NCBI GenBank assembly: GCA_902491915.1
Contig: CABUJL010000001.1
Span: 35 to 64,034 of the forward strand
DNA length: 64,000 nucleotides
Direction: 5' to 3'
Origin: an uncultured Collinsella sp.
GTDB taxonomy: Bacteria > Actinomycetota > Coriobacteriia > Coriobacteriales > Coriobacteriaceae
Part shown: in pieces, positions 38,533 to 46,424 of the stretch
Layout of the letters: every line of letters starts with the position of its first letter
Position numbering within the stretch: position 1 is the first letter of the stretch
Translations under genes and position numbers: made by a program
Notes under the pieces: generated by a model
What the model saw: only the letters and a program-made list of their open reading frames with translations
What the model was told of the DNA's origin: nothing
Databases searched by the model: none

Positions 38533-41532
38533 CTATTTCTTAAGAAGGTACGAATAGTTGTCGCGCACGGCCCTGATGGTCAGGCGGACGGCCTCGGGAA
38601 GGCCGGTGTTGACGGCATCGACCGAGACGGTGCGGACCGTGCCGGCGACGCGAACCTTAAAGTGATCCTCGTCCACGGCCAGGAAGCCCTCGTTCTCGGA
38701 GTTCTCCATGTCCTCCTCGCTCCAGAACAGGGTGAGCTTGTCCTTATAGGGACGACCCTCCTGGTAGGGACAGAACACGGCGCAGTTGCCGCACTCGTTG
38801 CACATGCCATCGACGTGGACGACCTGATGCTTGGCGAGACCCGGCACCTTAATGGCAACGTTGGCGCGGTTGGGGCACACGTCGCAGCAAACCTCGCACA
38901 CCGAGCCGCAGCCCAGGCAGCGGGTCTTGGTGCAGTTGCGCTTGTCGCGGCACAGCGACCCCTTGCGCTCGTAGCAGGTGTCCTCGCGGCCGGCCTGCTC
39001 GTTGCAGTCGGCATACTTGTTAAAGTCCACGCCGGCGATGGCACGGGCGACCTCGGCGGCGTCGGCAATAGCCTCGACCACGGTGGCCGGACCGCGACGG
39101 CAGTCACCTGCAGCCCAGACGCCCTCGACGCCGGTGGAGGTGGCGGCGAGGCGGCCGCGACGGTCGTGCTCGACACCCGCGGCATCGTACAGGCTGGCAT
39201 CGATGCCCTCGCCCACGGCGCAGATCACCGTGGTGGCGGAAAGCTCGACGGTCTCGCCCGTGGCGACGGGGCTGCGACGGCCGCTTGCATCCGGCTCGCC
39301 AAGCTCCATGACGTCGCAGGTCAGCACGGCGCCGTTAAGCGCCTTGGGGGCCAGCAGCTCGCAGAGCTCAACACCATCGGCAAGAGCAAGATCAAGCTCT
39401 TCCTCGTCGGCGGGCATCTGCTTCTTGGTGCGGCGATACACCAGGCGCACGTTCTTCACGCCAGCCAGGCGCTTGGCCACGCGAGCCGCATCCATGGCGG
39501 TGTTGCCGGCGCCAATGACCACGACGTCCTCGCCCAGCTCGAGCTTCTCGCCCCTCTTGGCGGCCTCGAGGAACTCCAGCACGTCGAGCTCGGCATCCTC
39601 GCCCAGGCCCGCAGAGCCGGGCATCCAGGCGCCGGTGGCCACGACCACGTCGGTAAAGCCCTGGGCCTTGAGCTCGTCAATGGACTCCACGCGGACATTG
39701 AGCTGCACCTTGGCACCAAAGGCTAGGCAGAGCTCGGCATCGTGGGAGATGTCATCGCTCGCAATGCGGAACTCGGGGATGACGTGACGGACCACGCCGC
39801 CGAGCGAATCGCGGGCCTCGAAGATGGTGACGGGCACGCCAGCGCGCGTCAGGAAGAACGCCGTCGCCAGGCCGGCCGGGCCGCCGCCGATAACGGCAAC
39901 GTTGCGCTCGCCGTCGTTGGCGATGGCCTGGGCGCGCAGCTTGGGCAGCACGGCGGTCATGGCCTCGCGGGCGGCCTTGAGCTTGCTGGCGCGGATCTGG
40001 GCGCCCTCGGGCTCGTAGAACGTACGCTCGCAGGCACGGCCGCAGGGATGCGGGCAGATAGTGCCGGTAATGAACGGCAGGGCGTTGCGCTCGATGATGA
40101 TGTTGAGTGCGTCCTCGTAGCGGCCCTCGTCAACAGCCGCCAAGTAGGCGGGAATATCCTGCTGGATGGGGCAGCTCGTGCGGCACGGCATGGTAAAGCA
40201 GTCGGAAAGCGGGCTCTTGCCGGCAACCTTGCGGTCGGGTAGCGGGCGCAGCGGCTTCTTGTAGAGCGGATTGGTGAGCGAGTCGGTCTGGATCGCGGTC
40301 ACGGCCTCGAGCGAGACGCCCTCAAACGGCTTGCCGTCCAGATCGGTGAACTCGCCGGCCATCTGACTAAAGCGCTCGTAGCCACCGGGCTTGAGCACAT
40401 CGGTCGCCAGGGTGACGGGCCAAATGCCGGCATCGTACAGGGCGCGGATGTTGTAGACCGTGGCACCGCCGGAGTAGCTGATGCGCAGTTTGCCATCAAA
40501 CTGCTCGGTAATGCGGCGGGCAGCCTCGATGGTCAGCGAGAACAGCGAACGGCCGGACATGTACATCTCGGTGGAGGGCAGCTCGTCCCTGGTCACGTCG
40601 ACGGGGAACGTGTTGGTGAGCTTGACGCCAAACTCCAGGCCGTGCTCGGCGCACAGGGCAATCAGGCGCTCGAACATGGGCACGGCGTCGCCCCACTGCA
40701 GGTCCTCGCGGAAGTGCGTGTCATCGAAGACGATGTAGTCAAAGCCCAGCTCGTTCAGACGCTGGCGGGCAAACTCATAGCCCAGCAGCGTGGGGTTGCA
40801 CTTGATGTAGGTGTTGAGGCCCTTCTCGGTGATCAGATAGGTCGCGATGCGCTCGATCTCCGCCGGCGGGCAGCCGTGCAGGGTAGACTCGGTGATGGAG
40901 TTGGAGACGCGTGCCGGGATGGATTCGACAAATGCGGCGTCGACATGCTCAAACTTGTCCAGGTTGGCAAGCGCCCATGCGCGGCACTCATTCCAGACGT
41001 CAGAGCCGCTGGCGTCCTTCATGCCCTCGATGTAGGCGTCGACCTTGGGGCTCTTAATGCCCTCCAGGTCATAGCCCACGGACATGTTAAAGACAAAACC
41101 GTCCGGGCTGCCCAGGCCGTACTCGCGAGCGATCAGGTGGCAGGCAAACCATGCCTTCACGTACTCGGCAAAGGCCTGCGGAACCTCGAGCTCGGTCGAC
41201 CACTCGCAGTTGTAGCACTCGTCCTGCGCCACAATGCAAGGTTTGTTAACGCATTTGGAGAGCTCCTCGCCGTCCATAACCTGAACGGTCTTAAGCTCAA
41301 AGAAGCGGGAACCGGCCACATAAGAGGCCACGATGTTCTGGGCAAGCTGCGTGTTGGGACCGGCGGCCGGGCCAAACGGAGTCTCGATGCGCTCGTCAAA
41401 AATGGGAAGCGCGCCCTCCTGGTTGGTCTTGACCATCTTGCGCACGCCAAAGATGGCGTCTTGGGTCTTGTGCTCCTCGATGATCCAGTTCATCAGCTGC
41501 GAAAACGGGATCGGCCTCATGATGTCGCTCAT
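38533..41532 (-). CDS. ygfK: YgfK Fe-S flavo-oxidoreductase (putative selenate reductase subunit family)
   Basis: MSDIMRP, GPAAGPNTQLAQNI, KCNPTLLGY, GGGPAG, GAGNTAMD, DGMCNECGNC; ATG at 41532. Confidence 0.95.
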   Translation of the reverse strand: MSDIMRPIPFSQLMNWIIEEHKTQDAIFGVRKMVKTNQEGALPIFDERIETPFGPAAGPNTQLAQNIVASYVAGSRFFELKTVQVMDGEELSKCVNKPCIVAQDECYNCEWSTELEVPQAFAEYVKAWFACHLIAREYGLGSPDGFVFNMSVGYDLEGIKSPKVDAYIEGMKDASGSDVWNECRAWALANLDKFEHVDAAFVESIPARVSNSITESTLHGCPPAEIERIATYLITEKGLNTYIKCNPTLLGYEFARQRLNELGFDYIVFDDTHFREDLQWGDAVPMFERLIALCAEHGLEFGVKLTNTFPVDVTRDELPSTEMYMSGRSLFSLTIEAARRITEQFDGKLRISYSGGATVYNIRALYDAGIWPVTLATDVLKPGGYERFSQMAGEFTDLDGKPFEGVSLEAVTAIQTDSLTNPLYKKPLRPLPDRKVAGKSPLSDCFTMPCRTSCPIQQDIPAYLAAVDEGRYEDALNIIIERNALPFITGTICPHPCGRACERTFYEPEGAQIRASKLKAAREAMTAVLPKLRAQAIANDGERNVAVIGGGPAGLATAFFLTRAGVPVTIFEARDSLGGVVRHVIPEFRIASDDISHDAELCLAFGAKVQLNVRVESIDELKAQGFTDVVVATGAWMPGSAGLGEDAELDVLEFLEAAKRGEKLELGEDVVVIGAGNTAMDAARVAKRLAGVKNVRLVYRRTKKQMPADEEELDLALADGVELCELLAPKALNGAVLTCDVMELGEPDASGRRSPVATGETVELSATTVICAVGEGIDASLYDAAGVEHDRRGRLAATSTGVEGVWAAGDCRRGPATVVEAIADAAEVARAIAGVDFNKYADCNEQAGREDTCYERKGSLCRDKRNCTKTRCLGCGSVCEVCCDVCPNRANVAIKVPGLAKHQVVHVDGMCNECGNCAVFCPYQEGRPYKDKLTLFWSEEDMENSENEGFLAVDEDHFKVRVAGTVRTVSVDAVNTGLPEAVRLTIRAVRDNYSYLLKK

Positions 41533-41680
41533 AATGAGCTCCTCTCTGTAACGCCCGGCGAGACCGCGCGACGGGCGCAAATACGGTGTAGCGCTAGCAC
41601 AGCGCCGGCGACCCCGCGGAGGTCGCCTATACGCGCGTCGGATGCGGCGAAACATCCGGCGCGCGTGAATCTACTTGTAA

Positions 41681-43036
41681 TTAGTAGGCGCGATCGTTGA
41701 GCGTGCTCCAAAGCTTCTTGGACTCAGCCATGGTCCACGCGTTGATCTTGTCCTCATCAATGCCAACGAACTCGCGATCCTTGTACAGAACGCGGCCGTT
41801 GATGATGGTGGTACGGCAGTTTTTGCCCATCATGCCAAAGAGCATGTGGCCGTCGATGTTCTCCTCGCTCAGCGGCGTAAAGGGTTTGTAGTCCATAACG
41901 ATGACGTCGGCGGCGGCGCCGGCCTCGAGCACACCGAGCTTGCGATCGAAGTACTTGCTCGCCATCTTGGCGTTGTTCTCGAACAGCATGGTCATGGCCT
42001 CGCACCAGCCCACGTTGGGCATGGCGGCGTTGTGGCGCTGGATAATCAGGAAGACCTTGAGGCTCTCGAGCATGTCGTGGGTGTAGGCGTCGGTGCCCAT
42101 GCACACGGGGATGCCACGACGGAAGAACTCGAGCACGGGAGCGCAGCCCACGGCGTTGCCCATATTGGATTCGGGGTTGTTGACGAGCCAGGTGCCGGAC
42201 TCCTTGACGATATCCATCTCGGCAGGCGTCACGTGGATGCAGTGGCCCAGCATGGTGTCGGGACCCAGCAGGTTGTGCTGCAGCAGGCGCTCGACGGGGC
42301 TGATGCCGCCGCGGTTGAGGCGGGAATCCCACACGTCGTTCATGCCCTCGCACACATGGATGTGGAAGCCGGTCAGGCCGTTGTTGGCCTCGGCCATCTT
42401 ATCCATGGTCTCGTCCGAAAGCGTAAAGGTGGCATGTCCGCCAAACATGGCGGCGATCATATGGTTGTCGTTATCGCGACGCTCCTTGGCGGCCCACTGG
42501 GCAAATTCGGCGTTCTCGGCAATGGCCTGGTCGCATTTTTCCTGGCCACGGCGATCGGAGACCTCGTAGCACAGGCACGAACGCATGCCCAGCTCCTGAG
42601 CTGCGTCCTTAATGGTAAAGAGGCTACCCGGGATCTCGCAGAAACTCGCATGGTGATCGAAGATCGTGGTGACGCCATCGCGGATGGAGTCCAAAATCGT
42701 AGCATAGGCGCTGGCCTTGGTGCCGTCGAGCGTCAGGTTGTCGTCGATCTTCCACCACTGCTGCTCAAGATTCTCCAGGAAGTTGGTGGGGTTGCAGCCC
42801 TTAATGGCAAGGCCGCGGGCCAGACCCGAGTAGATGTGGGTGTGGCAGTTGATGAGTCCGGGCATGATGAGGTTGCCCTGGGCGTCGACGTACTCGGCAT
42901 CCGGGTACTTGGCCTTGAGCTCGCACTCGGGGCCCACTTCGACGATCGTATCTCCGTCAATGGCGACCGCACCGTTTGGAATGAACGGGGTCTGAGTGTT
43001 GCGAGTAAAGACGGAACCGTTAGCGACCAGAAGCAT
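41681..43036 (-). CDS. ssnA: Aminohydrolase SsnA
   Basis: PGLINCHTHIYSGLARG, GVTTIFDHHAS, LCYEVSDR, NNPESNMGNAVG. Confidence 0.93.
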   Translation of the reverse strand: MLLVANGSVFTRNTQTPFIPNGAVAIDGDTIVEVGPECELKAKYPDAEYVDAQGNLIMPGLINCHTHIYSGLARGLAIKGCNPTNFLENLEQQWWKIDDNLTLDGTKASAYATILDSIRDGVTTIFDHHASFCEIPGSLFTIKDAAQELGMRSCLCYEVSDRRGQEKCDQAIAENAEFAQWAAKERRDNDNHMIAAMFGGHATFTLSDETMDKMAEANNGLTGFHIHVCEGMNDVWDSRLNRGGISPVERLLQHNLLGPDTMLGHCIHVTPAEMDIVKESGTWLVNNPESNMGNAVGCAPVLEFFRRGIPVCMGTDAYTHDMLESLKVFLIIQRHNAAMPNVGWCEAMTMLFENNAKMASKYFDRKLGVLEAGAAADVIVMDYKPFTPLSEENIDGHMLFGMMGKNCRTTIINGRVLYKDREFVGIDEDKINAWTMAESKKLWSTLNDRAY

Positions 43037-43231
43037 GGATGCTCCCTTCAACATCAGGGGCGGGGTTTGACACCTCTGACATGGCGGAGTGCGAAGCGCC
43101 GGCCTACACCGGAAACGGGCCCTCTCCCGTCAACGCTTCACCAAAGGGACAAACCCTTTGAAGTGCGGCTTGGCGCCGCATGACGTCGGCGGACGAGGCG
43201 ATGCGCCCGCCGACGAATAGCACCGAATTGG

Positions 43232-44626
43232 TTACTTCTTGCTCTCGGGCAAGACCAGATCCACGGCAGCGTCCTTAGCAGCATCGATGTGCTGAGCCAC
43301 GACCGGCGTCTGCGGAAGGATCAGGTTAAGGACAATGGCCATGATGGCGGTGGGGGTTACGGCATTGGAGCCGATGACGGTGGGCACCCAGGTGGGCATA
43401 CCCTCGCCGGCAAGGCAACCGCTGGCCATCCAGATACCCAGGCCAAAGACGACGGAGGTACCGACGATGGTGGTAGTGCGCTGCGTGAGGCCCTCGCGGG
43501 TGAACATGCGCACGCCGTTCATGGTGATGGTGCCAAAGACGCCGACGGTCGCGCCGCCGATGACGGGCTGCGGGATAGCGGAAAGGACGGCAGAGAGCTG
43601 CGGGAACAGGCCGGCGATGGCAAAGACGGCCGCGATGATCACAAAGACCCACTTGTTGACGACCTTGTTGGAGCAGATGATGCCCACGTTCTGGCCAAGG
43701 GCGCTGGTAGGAAGACCGCCAAGCAGGCCGCCGACCATAGAGGTGAGACCCTGGGACACGATAGCGCCGGAGAGCTCGCGCTCGGTGGGCATACGGTCGA
43801 TGGAGCCCAGGCAGGCGGCGGAGACGTCACCGATAACCTGGATGGCAACCATGGGGAACACGACGGCGAGGGTAATGCAGACCTCGGGATCAAACTCGAG
43901 CGCGTAGGGCATGAGCTTGGGAAGGGCGAAGACCTGAGCGGTGGCGACGCTGGAGAAGTCGATCATGCCAAAGGGGATGGAGACGATCATGCCGACGATC
44001 ATGCCAAAGAACACGGATCCCAGCTTGAGCGTGCCCTTGCCAAAGTTGGCGAGCGCAAAGACCACGGCGAAGGTGATAAGAGCGACGCACCAGGCCTGCG
44101 GGGTGCCCCACAGCGGCGTACCCATACCGCCGGCCATATACTTGACGGCCGTGGGATACAGCGAAACGCCGATGGAGAAGATGACCGTACCGGTCACGAC
44201 GGGCGGGAACAGCCACTTGATCTTGCTGTAGGCCAGACCAAAGAGGACCGCGACGGCGCCGCCGACGATCTCGCCACCCAGCAGCGCACCAAAGCTAAAG
44301 CCCGAGGCACCCATGGCCTGCAGGGCCGGCAGGAACGCGAACGAAACGCCCATGACGATGGGCAGGCCGCCGCCGATGCGACGGAAGGGAGCGAAGGCCT
44401 GAAGGGCCGTGTCGATCGCCGAAAGAATGAGCGCGACCTGGATGATGTCGGTACTCTGCTGGCTATTAAAGCCGTAGACGCCGGCCATGATGACCGCCGG
44501 GGTAATGATGCCGGCAAACGATGCCAGTACGTGCTGAAGGGCACACGGGATCATTTCCTTAACGGGAGGCATGCCTTCGCGAGTGAACAGGGCTTCAGTG
44601 CCGTTCGTAACCGTCTCCTGGGTCAT
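43232..44626 (-). CDS. NCS2 nucleobase (xanthine/urate) permease
   Basis: LQHVLA, LPIVMGVSFAF, FPPVVTG, QNVGII, PVIGG. Confidence 0.92.
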   Translation of the reverse strand: MTQETVTNGTEALFTREGMPPVKEMIPCALQHVLASFAGIITPAVIMAGVYGFNSQQSTDIIQVALILSAIDTALQAFAPFRRIGGGLPIVMGVSFAFLPALQAMGASGFSFGALLGGEIVGGAVAVLFGLAYSKIKWLFPPVVTGTVIFSIGVSLYPTAVKYMAGGMGTPLWGTPQAWCVALITFAVVFALANFGKGTLKLGSVFFGMIVGMIVSIPFGMIDFSSVATAQVFALPKLMPYALEFDPEVCITLAVVFPMVAIQVIGDVSAACLGSIDRMPTERELSGAIVSQGLTSMVGGLLGGLPTSALGQNVGIICSNKVVNKWVFVIIAAVFAIAGLFPQLSAVLSAIPQPVIGGATVGVFGTITMNGVRMFTREGLTQRTTTIVGTSVVFGLGIWMASGCLAGEGMPTWVPTVIGSNAVTPTAIMAIVLNLILPQTPVVAQHIDAAKDAAVDLVLPESKK

Positions 44627-44742
44627 TTGACCACCAATCCTCGAAGTAGTTGTTTTCGCATCTAACGCTCTATTGTGACGCAGTGCGGGGTTGAGGTTGT
44701 GCCTTCATTGCATATCGTATTAAAGATGATTCTCATTCTCAA

Positions 44743-44761
44743 TAATAATTTTTTGTTATCA
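44743..44761. promoter_or_regulatory. Candidate operator TAATAA-N7-TTATCA (permease/regulator divergent region)
   Basis: Matches the 14331 and 21452 sites. Confidence 0.55.
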
Positions 44762-44978
44762 GACTATTCTTCAGCTGAAATAACGCATTTCCGCAGGTCA
44801 GGAAAGTGTCTGGTCAAAATAACATCTAACATTTCTTTTGGTCAACCGTTTACCGCTAAATTCCTACCGTTCGTCTGCATTACGCAATGTACCTGCGGAT
44901 ATACGAGATGATGGGCAGCGTGTTACCATGAGAAAAAATTGTTATGAACATTTCCGATTTCACCCAAAGGAGTTGCCC

Positions 44979-45635
44979 GTGAACGAGACCGTACGTCGCT
45001 TTTTGCCGATGGTCGATTTTCTGGAGCAGATACTCGGCAAAAACAGCGAAATCGTGCTGCACGATTTCTCGGATCCCGACCACGCCATCGTCGATATTCG
45101 CAACGGCATCGTGAGCGGCCGCAAGGTCGGCGGTCCCGCCACCGATCTGGCACTCAAGATCATGCACGACGCCAAGTATCGCGACCTGCCGTTTATTACG
45201 GGCTACGAGGGGCGCGGTGGCGGCGGCAAGACGTTGGAGTCAGCGACGTACTTTATCCGCGAGAATGACGAGATCGTCGGTATGCTCTGCGTCAACACCG
45301 ACCTCTCGACCGTGCGCTCCATCAACGCCATGGCGCAGCAGCTCATGGCGTGCTTCGACGCGGCGCCGACGCGCACGGAGCCCGCCCCTATCGAGGTCGA
45401 AAGCCTTTCGGAGTCCACACAGGAGCTCATCGACCGCAGCATTGCCGAGTTGCTGAGCGCGCGCGGGCTGGATGTAGCGTCGCTTGGTCAGAGCGACCGC
45501 GTGGACGTCATTCGCCACCTCAACGGCAACGGGGTGTTCATGCTCAAGGGCGCCGTGGCCTGCGCCGCCACCGCGTTGGGCATCTCGGAGCCCAGCGTCT
45601 ACCGCTACTTGCAAAAAGTCCGCAAGGAGGGCTAA
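44979..45635 (+). CDS. Second YheO-like PAS + HTH regulator
   Basis: EIVLHD, NGIVSGRKVGGPATD, GMLCVN, GVFMLKGAV...ISEPSVYRYL; GTG start after AAAGGAG. Confidence 0.9.
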   Translation: MNETVRRFLPMVDFLEQILGKNSEIVLHDFSDPDHAIVDIRNGIVSGRKVGGPATDLALKIMHDAKYRDLPFITGYEGRGGGGKTLESATYFIRENDEIVGMLCVNTDLSTVRSINAMAQQLMACFDAAPTRTEPAPIEVESLSESTQELIDRSIAELLSARGLDVASLGQSDRVDVIRHLNGNGVFMLKGAVACAATALGISEPSVYRYLQKVRKEG

Positions 45636-45679
45636 CGAGCAAAATGGAGCGCGGCTCCACAAGCGATCCGTCACTTGAC

Positions 45680-45718
45680 AAAAGACCCTGCAGTTCACAC
45701 GCGCTGCAGGGTCTTTTT
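45680..45718. terminator. Bidirectional terminator
   Basis: AAAAGACCCTGCAG...CTGCAGGGTCTTTT between convergent genes. Confidence 0.85.
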
Positions 45719-45747
45719 GCATGTCATGTTTAGTTGTTGCCAACGCC

Positions 45748-46125
45748 TTAGAGGGCGGCGACAACCTCGATCTCGACCAGACCGCCAGCCGGAAGGGCGG
45801 CAACCTGGAAAGCGCTGCGCGCGGGGAACGGGGCCTCGAACTTGGAGGCGTAGATCTCGTTCACGGCGGCGAAGTCGGCGATGTCGGCCAGGTAGACCGT
45901 GGTCTTGACGACATCGGCAAAGGTGGCACCGGCAGCGGTCAGCAGGGCCTCGACGTTGGCAAGGGACTGCTTGACCTGGGCCTCGACGCCCTCGGGCATC
46001 TTGCCGGTTGCGGGGTCGATGCCCAGCTGGCCGGACAGGAACACCATGTTGCCGGTCTGGATACCGGGGGAATACGGTCCGATGGCTGCGGGTGCGTTAT
46101 CGGAAGACACGACGGTCTTGCTCAT
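45748..46125 (-). CDS. ridA: RidA-family enamine/imine deaminase
   Basis: APAAIGPYS, SGQLGIDP, VVKTTVYL, PARS, VEIE; ATG at 46125. Confidence 0.93.
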   Translation of the reverse strand: MSKTVVSSDNAPAAIGPYSPGIQTGNMVFLSGQLGIDPATGKMPEGVEAQVKQSLANVEALLTAAGATFADVVKTTVYLADIADFAAVNEIYASKFEAPFPARSAFQVAALPAGGLVEIEVVAAL

Positions 46126-46424
46126 GTTTATCTCCTTACGGTTAACTAGAAAGCGTGAGCGCGGCGTTCGCACCGGGAGGCACAGTTCGGTCTGAACACC
46201 GCGCTTGATTGGGATAGTACTCAAGGTTTCCGCGCGATGCAAGATTATTATCAGTTTACGAGAATATTTTATCGCCCAACGGTTTCCCCGAACCGCTGAA
46301 CGGTTCTCCACGGGGTCAGCCAGCCCAAGCTGCTGAAGACTTTATCCCGCTTGGAGCACGGGCATCGCCTGCCGCAACGGCACCACTATACTTTTGAATA
46401 TCTGAGCATTTTGAAAGGCAGGAT

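Noticed and set aside
41545..41670. GC-rich hairpins between ssnA and ygfK (similar ones at 43060-43225 and 18560-18655)
   Set aside because: No shared sequence or known RNA motif; probably ordinary mRNA stability or termination structures.
44627..44745. Purine riboswitch upstream of the NCS2 permease
   Set aside because: No purine-riboswitch core is visible. A Fur-box-like GATGATTCTCATTCTC at ~44725 was also seen but is too weak to call.
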